A DNA stretch of 63,038 nucleotides, the filler included, from Rhabdomonas costata (taxonomy: Eukaryota): assembly GCA_019059605.1 (NCBI GenBank). It is 33 parts of 33 records of this genome, joined end to end, with 100 filler letters (N's around TTAATTAATTAA, not from the genome) between each part and the next. Parts side by side here need not be neighbours in the genome. Positions count along the whole stretch, not along the records: positions 1 to 1,813 come from JAHMHO010008682.1; positions 1,914 to 3,720 come from JAHMHO010008683.1; positions 3,821 to 5,633 come from JAHMHO010008684.1; positions 5,734 to 7,546 come from JAHMHO010008685.1; positions 7,647 to 9,459 come from JAHMHO010008686.1; positions 9,560 to 11,372 come from JAHMHO010008687.1; positions 11,473 to 13,285 come from JAHMHO010008688.1; 26 more parts are not named here. The stretch is one strand, 5' to 3'. The notes below the pieces were generated by a model. It saw nothing but the letters and a program-made list of their open reading frames with translations, did no database searches and had not been told where the DNA came from. Made by a program: the position numbers and the translations under genes. Below are positions 1-12,554 of this stretch, piece after piece; the stretch's first letter is position 1, and every line of letters begins with the position of its first letter.

Positions 1-1782
1 TTGTTTTGCTGTGATTGCTTCAAAATGGATCCTGAGGTGGCTTTAATGGAGTTAAACAGTGATGTCTTGCGTGACGTCGTTGTTTTGAATGCACACCTTC
101 TCTCGGGCTATCATAGACAGAACATAATTCGGTGTTGCAAAGGGCGGTTTACGGTCGCTTTCGCTATCCCTAGCCTTGACCCAACTTTTTTGACGATCAT
201 TGCAGACGAAAGGTCCGGACAGCATCGGTATACCGCAAGCGTTGTCTTCTCCACACTCGCGGAGAAGGACCTTCAACCTATTTCTACCTCTGCGGAAAAG
301 TTAGGTTGGAACCTGTTTCGCAGCTTGCGTTGCTTATGCGGAAGTGTGTGCGGACGACATGTCTGGGAAGAAATTGCCGCGAACGCCTCTAGTCTGGCAG
401 ATGCAGGATTTCTGAATCGCCTGGCACGCCAACTTTTGCCCTCGGCCAGTGTGAACAGCAAGTGTTTCGGTGCAGTGCTAGGTCTTCTGTGTCAGCTTCT
501 ATCGGGTGAGCCTAAAGCATTGTTTGGAAACACAACCGAACTTGTTCTCTCATTCTTAGCCTCCCATGTGATATCGGAGCCATCCATTGTCGAGGATATA
601 ACGTTTGAGGTTTTTGTGGCTCGAACCTGCCACTGTGAGTGGCTGTGCATGTTCGACAGGGTGGAGTCTTATCTCCGGAGTGTTCTGAAGATGATTCCAC
701 AGCCGCATCATGTCACGGTCAGGCTGTCCGACAGAAGCAATGTGCTCACATCTAATCTGCTCGAATTCCTTTGCTGTGATCTGTGGGTTCAGGCTCAAGT
801 CATGGAGCCTGCCTACGTCTGCGTTGTTTCATCTGACCTGTATTTGCGGAAGGATCTGATCACGCAGATGTGCGTCTTTCAGCGTGAATTGCACTGGCCC
901 GCCATTGCGATGGATTTTAAGTCCTCTCCCTGGGATGCGGCCTTTCTTTGCGCCATTCTGACCACTTATTACCAGCCGCTGAAGATCCTCGCTGTGATCC
1001 CCCCTTCCGTTTTGTTGTCAGTATTTGAAAACATTCCTGCTTCACCCGTTCTCAAGGTCGTTTTCTCCAGGATATCGACTGCGAATGAGAAAGCTCTTCA
1101 GCTCCTTCACGAGGCCCAAGGGGATGCCTTTGTTAGCGCGCTGAAATGGGCTCTTCTCCATGGAAGTGGACTGCCGAGTCATCAGAGGGACCTTGTGGTA
1201 CTAACAGCAGGCGACGTGCAGAATTTGGTCAATCATCACATTCGTTTGGGAATCGGCCAGCAGAGCACCAATTTGGCGAGTGCATTTTCTGTGTTGCGGC
1301 TACTTTTCCCACTTCTGGGTCCCACTGACCTTTTGGTGAACGAGCCCGGTATACGGGACTACCTACTCTCCAGAACTGAGGCACAGACTTGTGAACTTAT
1401 GGCCGACCCTGCCCTTCTCTTCGGAGTTGTTGTTTTTGACTTTCTGCTTCATGTTACCACTCGCTCGGGCATTTTTCAAAGCTTGACGTTCCAGGGGGAG
1501 AGCAACGCACAGAATGGCGCGTTTATCAACCACCACAATCTCGTTTGCTTTGTTGAATGGCTGGAGCACAGGCCTGAGGCTCTGAATGAAGTGGAGGTTA
1601 ATTTCTTGAGACGGTTGAAACCCGACGTTTTCTCCTTCCTTTTGTGCAAGTCCACTTCCTGCAAGCAAACCAAGGAGCTCGCACATCTGGCTCTTCGTTT
1701 TCTGGAAGGTACTCGTCGCGAGCATTCTGCTGTGGTTCCAATATTGAAAGAGGCTTTGAAAAGGGGATGCGAGCACACGCAG
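1..1782 (+). CDS. Large exon (594 codons, 5'-truncated) of an unknown Leu-rich, probably alpha-helical protein
   Basis: Frame 1 is open across the whole contig; probable donor CAG|GTACTG at 1782/1783; no motif recognised. Confidence 0.75.
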
Positions 1783-1813
1783 GTACTGGTATTCGCATTT
1801 CCCTTTCTTGGAA

Positions 1814-1913
1814 NNNNNNNNNNNNNNNNNNNNNNNNNNNNNNNNNNNNNNNNNNNNTTAATTAATTAANNNNNNNNNNNNNNNNNNNNNNNNNNNNNNN
1901 NNNNNNNNNNNNN
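1814..1913. other. Artificial contig-joining spacer N44-TTAATTAATTAA-N44 (first of 32, recurring about every 1913 bp; last at 61127-61226)
   Basis: Identical 100-bp block with a six-frame stop palindrome between N runs, separating ~1813-bp segments of unrelated content. Confidence 0.99.
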
Positions 1914-2096
1914 GTGTGTGTGTGCATCATTCCACTCGCGCGTCTTTCATCTCATCTCCTTTCGGTTTCGAACCGTTGGCGTGCTTGTGTGGCACACTCG
2001 TCGTTTTCCGCAGGAGTAGTGTTCGGTGGAGCGGTTGGTGGTAAGCCTGTGCTGTGCACCCCCCCCCCCTCGCTTCCTTTGTCTTTTTCTTCAAAG

Positions 2097-3433
2097 CGGG
2101 GGCCTGGCCGCACGACTGAGCTTGTCGATGTCCCAGTCGCTCTCCATGTCCTCGACCGCAGCGGGCAGCGGGCACCGGCGGCCCTCAGCACACGTCGTAG
2201 ACTCCTCCAGCTTCACCACCCCACCCGGGGGCGTGGCCGGAGCCGGGATCTTGGGGAGGATCGACCAAGCCCTGCTCCTAGTCGACCCCATGGCTGCCCT
2301 GGCGAAGCTGGACGCCCGCCTGCAGAAGGAGAGAGAGGTCTCACCACCACCACAACCATCCCTCTGCGTTCTCATCTCTATTTCTGCATGGCATAGAGTA
2401 AGTGAGGATGATTGCTGGGTAACCTAATACTACCCCAGTAGAACAAATTGCCGGTGACAAGCGGAGCAAATGGGGCAAAAGCGGGAAGGCCGGCAAGACT
2501 GACAAGATCTGTGGAAGCGGCTGAGTGTGGTGGATAATGATAAAAAGATTCAGAAATGCCAAATTCCGGCACAGAGTCAGGGACGGCACCACGGACAATT
2601 GCGGTTCTGGAGGTCGGAAGATCACCCAACATGGGGCTCATTTGTGACATTCGTCAAGAAGACGCGCACTATTCTGCCCGGAAAGTCTCCGCGTCTGCTC
2701 TCTCCTACAGGAGGCGAAGAAAGACGCCGAAGAGACCAAAGCAGGCCGGGCTGGCCCTTGCCCAGCCATTCCATGGTGTGCGGCGCTCGCTGTTCCACTA
2801 TTCCTGTCCCGCCTTGATCCGCGGTGTTTTCTGGCAGGGAATGCTATCTGAAATCATTTCTGTTTTTATTCTCTGTCTTCAGGTTGGTTGTAAAATGATG
2901 ATGACAACGTCGTGATGATGAGAGGTCCATCGATCGAATTTTCAGCGAATCGCACCTTTTTCATATCGTTCTGATGGAAGACTGAGTGAAGACCCACCAA
3001 AACAGCAAAAGGAACACGCCATTCCATGACCGGCAACGCTGTGCGTCTGCAGTGAGCGTCGTCCCTCCCCTGTTGTGAGATCTGGGGCCTATTGTGCCGC
3101 TGGCAATCAAAGCCGGTGTTGACTACTGCAGTCCTCTAGTGCAACTCCAGCGAACTTTCCTGACCTCTCGTGATATTTTCCTCGCAGGTTTGTTCAGAAG
3201 CTTCACCCCTTCATCACGGCCTCGGACTACCGCAAGGTCCGCTCGAGGGCGGACTTCGGCTCGATCCGGGTGCAGCTCTGCCTGGCGTGCTTCCTGAGCC
3301 TCACCTCGCCCATGCTGGGCTGCGACTACACAAGCGGGAACGTTAAGGCGTCGCCAAGCTACAGAGGCTCTCCAGCCGCGGGGGCAGCCGCGGCTAGCCG
3401 TGACCCCAGCAGCCCGGACGTTACCCCCAAGCA
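2097..3433 (+). CDS. Hypothetical protein, 3 exons (2097-2337, 2711-2775, 3188-3433) with a CxxC motif
   Basis: AG/GT boundaries join in phase: ...RLQKERE|EAKKDAEE...PAIPW|FVQKLHPFITASDY...VQLCLACFL; GC-rich third positions. Confidence 0.7.
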
Positions 3434-4049
3434 GTATGTTTCCGTGCGGCTCATCTTTGAGCGACGTCCCTTTGCCTTCGAGGAATGGAGATCAATGGAC
3501 ATGCAATAGTCATGCACTCCTGTTGAGTAACAGTCTTTGGCCAGCCTCATGGCCTTTGTATCTGTTGGTCCTTCTTATTGTGGGCTGGAGCTTGCACATG
3601 TGCAACCTCCGTCACAGCAAAGCTTAATGACTCACGGTCAGTACCCAAGTGTAAAGTGACTGAAGTGACCCCTTGTAGCGCAGCTATAATTATAGAGTTA
3701 ACCAGGGGCTACCAAAAAACNNNNNNNNNNNNNNNNNNNNNNNNNNNNNNNNNNNNNNNNNNNNTTAATTAATTAANNNNNNNNNNNNNNNNNNNNNNNN
3801 NNNNNNNNNNNNNNNNNNNNTTGTGGTTGTTGTCGGTTACTTTGCTCCTGGTTTGCGCCACTCCTTGCCTTCTTTTGGCGCATGTTGTTTGCGCCTCGCA
3901 AGTATTTGTGCTCTGTTCTTGTCCAGTTTCTTTCTGTAAGGATTTTCTGGATGATGTTTCTTAGAATTAGCTTTGTCAAAAACTTTTGTGTGCCAACGGA
4001 CGTTATACGGCTGTTCGTACCTGTAGTTCTTATTACGTGCAGATCAAAG

Positions 4050-4420
4050 CATTTTTCACGTCCACGTGCGCGTAGGCTTTCACGGTCAATCCCTTGCTGT
4101 TTTAATTTGGCGGCACCCGGCGAAACCGCACATCCCCAAAACTCTTTCAGCACAGGTACCGACCAGAACGTCTCAACCATTTGTCCTGTCACTCGGCACA
4201 CGCTCCAGAAAAAACTTTTGCACAGCGAGTGCTTTTGCGTAGGAACGTGGTTTTTTAACGAGTGCGCAACCGCATAGCGTTTCAGGGATTATCACCCACT
4301 CATCCTTTGGCTCGAAACCTTCCAGGTGGACTTCGTTTTTGGAATTACCGGTGGCTGGAGTCTGGCATTCCGGATTTACTCTGTTTTTTACCATTTTATT
4401 CCGTTTAACAAACTCCGCAG
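4050..4420 (-). mobile_element. Decayed reverse-transcriptase fragment, probably DIRS-order (YR) retrotransposon
   Basis: Across frameshifts reads NARLQPPVIPKT (PNA..F.IPK-like) then VETFWSVPVLKEFWG (D..NAFWS..LP-like RT motif). Confidence 0.4.
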
Positions 4421-5109
4421 CGAGAACACCTTTGATAACAGCTTGCTTTCTCTTTCCCTGACGTAAAGGACGATGGAAGGAAACTTTCACCTGTTGCCTG
4501 TTGTGTGAAAACGTTCAAACGGCAAGTGCAACACAGGAAATTTAAAAGAAAAGAAAAGCATGCGCATGACTCCGACGCCGTTTGGAGATTGGGATATTGG
4601 GAGCCCTTTATTGAAGCCACAGAACAATACCAAAAACCAAAACGGAATAAAGGGACAAATGGGCTGAAAAAGTCTCGATACCGCCTGAACTTCCATCTCG
4701 CTCTTCCGATCCAGAGCACTTGTGGCCTGAAAAAACAAGGCAAATAAGTCACTCCTGGGAGAAAAACAGGGCAGGGGCCATGAAGCTTGGGACAATGCAC
4801 TTCGATGCTTCAAGTAGGGTCTCCAAGATATAGCGCAGCAATGTATATGCACCGTGTTCTTGAACTTGGTGTTTTTCGGGGACCGCCAATCTTTTCCGTC
4901 TCAAATCGAGCGGCAAGCAGGACAACTTGCAACAGTTGCTGGCCCCGCATTTCCCTTCAGCGCAAATTCACCCTCAGCAACACACGAACACTGACATCCA
5001 CTGGAGTCCTCTCTTTCGATTACACTCACGTAGCCCTGAACGCTGAGACACTTGCAAGCGCAAGCGGGAAGGCGCAGCGGCGCCTCGTCCCTGCTATGTG
5101 AGGGCACAC

Positions 5110-5352
5110 CTCGTCCAGGAGCAGAAGGGAGGGGTTCTTCAGGATGGCCCGCGCGATGCACAGCCTTTGTCGCTGCCCTCCACTGAGCTGCACCCCCGAG
5201 TCCCCGACGTGAGTGTCGTAGCCCTCAGGGAGGCTGAGGATGGTGTCGTGGATGTTGGCATTGGTGCACGCGGAGACGATCTGCTCTGGGGTGGCCTCGG
5301 GGCACGCCAGCAAGAGATTCTCCCGGATCGTCCCACTGAACAGCACAGGGTC
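5110..5352 (-). CDS. ABC transporter nucleotide-binding domain exon (ABCB/MDR-type)
   Basis: [16 protein letters not shown]...[44 protein letters not shown]-loop region, LSGGQ signature, Walker B; 81 codons, phase 0. Confidence 0.97.
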
Positions 5353-8300
5353 CTGGGAACCCGAGGGTAATGGGGATAGTCTCCATGTGGATGGGGAACC
5401 ACGATGCGAAACGATGCAAAAAGGGATGGCACTGCTCCCTCAATACGAAACGTTGTCAAAAGAAAATGAATCTAAGGCCACAGACCTCCGTTGTAGCGAG
5501 TGGCCGTGTCCCTCTAAACATTGACACCGAGGGGACACTGGGGGCGACCCATAATTTTGACAAACGTTGAACATGTTGCGTGACGCAAACCCCCCTGCAT
5601 GAGCCAGTTAAGGCAAGAGAGCGACCACCAAAANNNNNNNNNNNNNNNNNNNNNNNNNNNNNNNNNNNNNNNNNNNNTTAATTAATTAANNNNNNNNNNN
5701 NNNNNNNNNNNNNNNNNNNNNNNNNNNNNNNNNGGTGTGGTGTGGAAAGAATTAGGCAGCAGTGGTCGGCGCGCATGTGTTATGAACGCATTTCATAGAT
5801 GTGCAGCTCCCCGGCTTTCGAGCAAAAAAAAAAGAGCGTGTGACATCAACGACATTTTCATAAAGTAATATATGCAAATCAAGCGTTGCCATCATATTCC
5901 ATAGGGTTTGGGGATGGAGCACGAGGAACTGTTTCTTTTTCTGCGGGAGGCAAGGCCCTCCTCTTCCGTTGGACAACGTCGTGATCCACCACCGTGCGGA
6001 CGGTGCAACACAGCGCTTTGCGAAGGCCAAGCCCCAAGAACCTTCCCGGAATACAACATACACATAGGTCAACAGTTCCGCTGCCATCCATTGAGTTCGT
6101 CGCGCACCTCTCGCCGCAGGATGAGAAAAAGTCTACAGCAAAGGTACACGCCCCCGCACCAGACGCGCACCGATGCTAGGAACTCTCAAGGACCAGAAAA
6201 AAGGCGCACGGCCAGAAGAGAAAGAAACAGCCTGAGTGAGCGAGTAAGTGAGTGAGTAAGTGAGTGTGAGGAGGGTTGGTGAGCAGAGGGAAGAAAGGAA
6301 GGCCGGAGCGTGTCCAGAGACCACATTGCCAGCCAGAACAGAATGAAAGCCATAAAAAAGTTCCCATGTTTCCCTGCATGAGGGGGGGGGGCGCTGACTA
6401 ACACAAATCCAAGGGGACAAGGAATGAGCCCCATACCTCCACATGAAAACCATCTGCAAAGTCTAACCTCCGCGGCACACCCACCAACCGGACCCCTGGT
6501 GAAGCCCACACTGAGAAGAATGAGAAGACAGACGTCCTCTCAATCTCCCATCCAGGAGGAGAGAGAGGCCACACACGAACAGAGCGCTGTGGGGGAAGCC
6601 AAGGCCACAGCAATGTGCGTCTGCTAAAGGTGAGCGCAACCACTAACCTATCCGCAAAAAACATCCCCGAAGAGAAAGGATACCCACCCATCTCTTCAGA
6701 GCACGTACATCCCAAGCACAGAAGCAGCTCTATTAGATGATATGTAGGAAAAAGGAAATGAAAAAGTCAGTGAAAGGCCCCCTCCAATTTATCTGTCATG
6801 AGTACAGGAGCGAGAGGTTACACCGCCTTTCCGAAAAGGGCAGCAAGGTTACGAGTAAAGTCGGTATTGGCTCAGCACAAAAAGGACCTGAGAGATGGGA
6901 AAACAAAGTCAATGCGAAGACAGCACAGCCCCCTGACCCTGACCATCGTTTGAATGACATCAAAGGAAAGATGAGAAAACGGAAAGGTGGAGGGGTGGCG
7001 ATAGAGAAAAAGGAGTAAAACCCCAGTCCCACCCAACCGCCGCTGGGGAATTGTGGGTCCTTATATAGAGCCACAGGCATTGCAGAAACACGGAGAACTT
7101 GACAGAATACAGAAACCAGCCCCCCAACCACCCACACACACCAGTTATGCATATTTTCTGCGCGCAGCAGTACAAGGTCACAACAGTTGAAGAATCCTAG
7201 TCCACACGCACACACGGCAGGTGGAGGAATGCTCATCACCACCAGAATCACTGCGACTAGCTCTCAAAGCAAATGAGTTTTCGAGGCCTCTGAGACACAC
7301 ACGGCACACAACAAATGTGCGGGCGTGCCGGAAGAGTGACTTCCCAATCGGGGGACATGTAACTCCCCGACACACAGATGCGCTCACATACAAAACACAC
7401 AAAAACAGTTCCAAAAAAGACGGCGCAAGCAATCAGCCCTGGCACTTACCAAGAATCACACACCAGCGTGGTGATGGACGAGGACGTGTTAAAAACAGGT
7501 ACACAAGAAAAGCACAGGTCGCCCAAACCAAAGAGCGCACCCAACCNNNNNNNNNNNNNNNNNNNNNNNNNNNNNNNNNNNNNNNNNNNNTTAATTAATT
7601 AANNNNNNNNNNNNNNNNNNNNNNNNNNNNNNNNNNNNNNNNNNNNTGTTTACAGCTTTTTCAGCGCTGATGTACTAACGGTGCGTAAATGAGAGTGAAA
7701 TGCACACACTCTCACTGGGAAGGGGGAACAAGGTTGATGACGTCTATCCTTCCCTTCTTTCCCAGTTTTTTCCGTCCATTGATGCACTGGAGTACACTGC
7801 GTTGGAGACTTGAGTTTCCAGCTTCTGGCTGATCTCAGGCCCTTTGAAGCCTTCCGAGAGCACTTTGTCGGAAGGCTGCAAATAAAGTGCAAATGTTGTT
7901 TGGCAAGGCAGTCTTTTGTATACACAGCAAAAGGTTCAACACGAATCCAACACGCCACGGAATGGCCCAGGCAGAACATACGCGATCTGGCGAACGTTGT
8001 GCACACTATTCCACCGGAAGACCACTGAATAACAAATGAAAAGAGGATGGAAACCTTTCCGAAAAACAGCCGGCGAAGAACCGATGACAGCGATGCTGGG
8101 CCAATACGCCAAACGAATCCAAACCACAAGGTCGATTATCTACGATCGGTGCTCTCTGCTCTCTCGTAAAAAAAAAAACTAAGAAAGAATACAAGCACAC
8201 GCGGGCACACGCACGAATTTCTGTCGTGCTGATGGTAAGGTTCGGGTAGAAAGCTGGCCCAGTCCACTGAGGATCACCAGTGGAAGTTGAGACAATCACC

Positions 8301-8699
8301 TCTGAAACGATGCAAGAAGCACTAGGAATGAGAAGCGAGAACGAAATTATTCCGCCCCGCCCCCCAAAGAAAAGCAAAAAAAAGCAACGCGAAGCGAACC
8401 AAGGCTGGACAGCTTGTCCACAGGTGTTGGGGAAACAATAGCCCCTGGCAGGGGGGAACTGGTCCACCTTGTTAATTTCTTTGTGAGACAATTTCTGTCA
8501 TGTTCAGATGTTCAGGCAGGATGTTAAGGCACCGCGGCGTCCAGAGCTGACAACGAATTCCCCTCATGAACCCTGAATTATATCAGACCATCATATCCGA
8601 CGTGCAAACAGACTTGGCCAGACCCTAAAATGTGAAAAGATCCCATACCAGCTTCAGTTGTGCTTGCCCCTGAAATGGAAGTAAATCACTAAAAACAGC

Positions 8700-9000
8700 G
8701 CCAGCATCACTTGGAGCCAACTCATTTTGTTGCAAGAAACACGGCAACAAAAGCGGCACAAAAGCGTCCAAACCACAAAACTGTCAAACGCAAGTGAAGG
8801 AGAAGCATTGGATGCAACGGAGCTCCGCCGCTACCTCAATGATTTGATATCGCCATCCCAAGCAATGAAAAGCAAAGCTCGGCATGGGAAATTTAAGGCA
8901 GTCGGTGTGGGCATACTGGGAGAGACTGATTCCATTATCCACAAGTTATAACATTGGAAACACGGTCCTCGTGTCTTTTCCCACCTTACGCCAAGCGCGG
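8700..9000 (-). mobile_element. Highly decayed RT fragment (DIRS-like)
   Basis: SFAFHCLGWRYQII resembles F..LPFGW.YSP; downstream LLHL/AFDSFVVW resembles LxYLDDxLV; frameshifted. Confidence 0.3.
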
Positions 9001-9094
9001 TTCTGTGAATGAACAGGGGAACGAAAACCGCCGCCCTTCGTTTTGTTTGCCTTGCGTGCGCGCTGCGGTTGGGGTGGTGTTGACGCAAAACATC

Positions 9095-9415
9095 TCGTCT
9101 AACAGTGTTTGACGACTAACACTTGACTACTAACGGACATCGCGTGGGCTTGTTCCATTCCCATTGTGACGCTCGCGCGAGATACTCGCCCCCTAGGTTT
9201 CCGATACGTTATGGACGCTATGGAAGGGTTTGGGATTACAAGACTCTAACACGTAATAGAGACTTTGCAGTAAGTCAGGAGGCGATGTATAGGGGTCGTG
9301 GGGTCTGGGGGGGCTCCCCCTGACGGGTGTTAGACGTCTAGCACCATGAGACGTCTAACAGGTGTCTAATGGCCGCTAGACGGGCGTTAGACCTCCATCA
9401 GTGTTAGACGCCCCC
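9095..9415. repeat. Cluster of CGTCTAAC/GTTAGACG motifs in both orientations (transposon subterminal-like)
   Basis: cgtctaacagtgtttgacg (~9096), gtgttagacgtctagcac (~9327), agacgtctaaca, gcgttagacc, gtgttagacg. Confidence 0.6.
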
Positions 9416-10498
9416 CTCCAACGGTGCATGACCCCATCGTTCAGTTAAGAAAACACACCNNNNNNNNNNNNNNNNNNNNNNNNNNNNNNNNNNNNNNNNN
9501 NNNTTAATTAATTAANNNNNNNNNNNNNNNNNNNNNNNNNNNNNNNNNNNNNNNNNNNNGGGGTGTGGGTGGAGAGGGCCCAGGTACACAAAATGTTATG
9601 GTACGAGCTTAACAACCGGGAACACAGACGAGCAAGGTGGGCACCCGCCAAGGTGATCTCTGTTTCCGCAATTGGAAAGCGAGAAAATGCCCTAAATAAG
9701 AGCCTGCGCTTCCCGAGGACAATGGTTGCTCAGCCTTATTCCGCACCGCGGAAGGCCGTTGTGGTACTAATGAACTCAAGACGCTGGAGGCGATACGGTG
9801 TTGTGCGGGCAGCGTATTGACGTGCTTGTGGTGTGCGCTGCCTCTGGTCCCGCAGTGTTCCGGGGGCCTTTCGGATGTGGGGTGCTCAACGTTTAGCAGT
9901 GTTAAACGGAGTTCCCACCCGGAAATCGTCTCAGCTCATTTGCCCATTCCTCCCCACGCCGCCATCGGCCTCCGCATCTGAAACAATCCTGTCCCTGTCT
10001 CCCAAGTCCCAAGAGTGACAAAAATCCACAATGGCCAAGAACGTTTGAAGCCCCACCACCATCACCTCCACCACTAGAAATTACCACGGTTCCTTGTTGG
10101 CAGGCTTTGGAAGAAGGCTGCGCAGGGAACAGTATTTCAGGGAACAGTAATTTCATTTTCAATATTGGCATTTTGGCTCGGAATTTATAGGATTTGAAGA
10201 TTTATCGAATTTTAGAAAAAAAAATTATAGGTTTCCTTGTTGTGGGGAAAATGTATGCGGTATTCCCGTCCTATGTTGTGGGACACTTCGGGGTTTTTTC
10301 TTGGCTGACGGGATGGGAAAAATAAGATTTATCTCATATTGCAAGTTTTTTTGTGTGCGTGTTGAGGGGGAAGGTCACGGCACTGCGTCACAAGAGTTGG
10401 GTTGCAGAGACACAAAATTAGTCAGACAATAAAGGATTGGTTAAGCAACAGAGCGCCCATGGGGCAAGTTGCGAGCGGTCGGGCTGCCTTTTTTGCAG

Positions 10499-10702
10499 GG
10501 CTCCGCCCCTGCCGCTCCTGCTGTGGCCGCGGTCGTGCCTGCCGTGGGCTACCCCATGGTGGATCCCTACTCCCTGGCTACCCCCCTGGCCGGAGGAATG
10601 GCCTTCTACCCCAACCCAGTCCCTGCCACTGCTGCGGAACAAAACGTACAATTCGGGGCGACCGGAGCCTCCTCGTCCGCCCCGAGCCCGGCAACCTCCT
10701 GA
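10499..10702 (+). CDS. Terminal exon, Pro/Ala-rich low-complexity C-terminus
   Basis: ttttttgcAG|GGC acceptor; GSAPAAPAVAAVVPAVGYPMVDPY...SPATS-stop. Confidence 0.55.
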   Translation, partial: GSAPAAPAVAAVVPAVGYPMVDPYSLATPLAGGMAFYPNPVPATAAEQNVQFGATGASSSAPSPATS

Positions 10703-12346
10703 CCTCCCACCATTGTTGTACAAAGTGCAGAAGGAGAACGAGGACATTGGCACTGCCACTGCACTGGGGGGAGGGGAAGACACCTGAGGAGGGAAGGGAA
10801 GTTGGAGTGGGGGTTGAACGAAACCCTGAATCTGTGTGCCTGTCCCTCTTTCGGTGCCTGTTTGCTGCCCTTTGCGGTGGACGTGGACTGCACTTTCATT
10901 CTTGGAAGAACGGACAATGGTTGTCTCAGCTTTTGTTGCAGTGGGGGCTCCTGCACTTTGGGTGAAGGAGACGGTCCTATTTTGAATGGATTGGAAGCGG
11001 CGATAGGGTGGACCCGATTCAAAGACCCAATATGAGGAACCCACCAGAGGAAGTCGTTGAGACCACCAGTGCGGAAATGCATTGCTGTGCTTCACCACTT
11101 CCTACGTGCTTGCCTGACAGGAAATTAGGTATTGTGAGTTGTGGTGCGCGTCTGACATCAACTCAACATTTCAAACAACAAAGCGAGGTTATCGCAGCTC
11201 CAAACGGACAGCGAATCTGCGGCTCCCAGGACCTCTTTTTTTCCAGGGGGAATGGAACCCAATAGGGTTACCAGAGAATTTTTTAAGCGCTGTTGTGAAT
11301 CCTACCGCCAAGCTTCTCTCTTCTCTGTGTTGCAAGACGGTGTTAGAGGCGGTGTACACATGAAAACCAAAANNNNNNNNNNNNNNNNNNNNNNNNNNNN
11401 NNNNNNNNNNNNNNNNTTAATTAATTAANNNNNNNNNNNNNNNNNNNNNNNNNNNNNNNNNNNNNNNNNNNNTGTGGTTGTCACCTTGATGCGTGGTTCA
11501 GGCAGTGCAAGAAGGAGTGGTGCTGGTTGTGCGGGGAAAAGCTGGCCGAGGGCGGGCCGTTTCCGCGACACTTTCGGGAGAAGGGTGGGCGCTGTGCCGG
11601 AAAGCAGTACGACAGCCGTGCCGCGAACATCGTGGTGGTTTTCTTTCAGTGTCTGCTGCGCCCGATCTGCTACCCATTAGGGGTTTGCCCCCCCCCCACC
11701 ACCACCATCCCAGACACACTACCCTTATTTCCGTCCTCATTTTTATCCATTTTCTTTCTCGAACAAGTATTGCATACGAGGTTTGGGGGTGCAACAGCAG
11801 CGAACTTAAAAAAGTGTGCAAGGGGCAAATGCAAGGGAGAACAATTATAAGCTGAGGACAGTGAATATGGCGGATGCGTTCGATTATGAGCTCTGCAAAA
11901 AAAAAATGAAATTTATTCGCTTGAACACGGCATGAACTTACTTACATGATGCAAATGAATGGATTTATGGACGAGAGGTAGTTCAAATTGAGCGCGGGAG
12001 TGAGGCTTAAGGCAAATGGGATTGTAGAATGCAATGCGCCGAGGGGTGCTGATGGTGGTCCGGTTGAGGTCAGATCCAAAAGGGCACGAGGAAGTTGATG
12101 GCGGGGTAAAGAGGCAGAAGGCGCCGAAAAAAGAATTATGCGCGGAAGGAGTCATTATGGTTAAGTATTCTTCTGGTCTTCCCTGTCTGTCCTTGCTTAG
12201 TACGAAGGTATAAGGCACACAAAAAAAGAAAGAAACAGGCCATCCGGCCGCTGCATTACCATCAGTTGATATATCCATAAGTATGTGAGTGCTCTTGGAG
12301 GCATAGTGGGGAAGAGAAGAGCTAATTTCGGTTCCTGCGCTTTCAG

Positions 12347-12554
12347 CTGGTGATCTACCTGCTGTTGCTGCTGGTTAGCGCCCCTGTGATGGCCTTCAGT
12401 GCGAAGGCGCGAGGGTGGCTTTTGCGCCCTCGCAAGCTGATCCCCATGTGTGGGGCATATGCCTCCCTCCCCATAGTGGCAGTACTGTTGGAGGTGCTTC
12501 TGATCCCGTCCTTGATTTGGCTACTGGTGTGGTACCGGGGGGACCCCCAGCTGT
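12347..12554 (+). CDS. Exon of a membrane protein (two hydrophobic segments)
   Basis: tttcAG|LVIYLLLLLVSAPVMAF...IVAVLLEVLLIPSLIWLLVWYRGDPQ; donor GTGAGT at 12555. Confidence 0.55.

Noticed and set aside
1858..1869. Regularly spaced TTAATTAATTAA palindrome as a CRISPR-like or biological repeat
   Set aside because: Always embedded in N44 runs; a synthetic six-frame-stop linker.
1914..3720. G/T and A/C contig ends as telomeres of gene-sized nanochromosomes
   Set aside because: Polarity is opposite to telomeres (G-rich at the 5' end), there is no fixed repeat unit, and ends cut through exons.
6120..6143. Possible 24-nt micro-exon CAG|DEKKSTAK|GT
   Set aside because: Good splice sites but no neighbouring exon or homology to support it.
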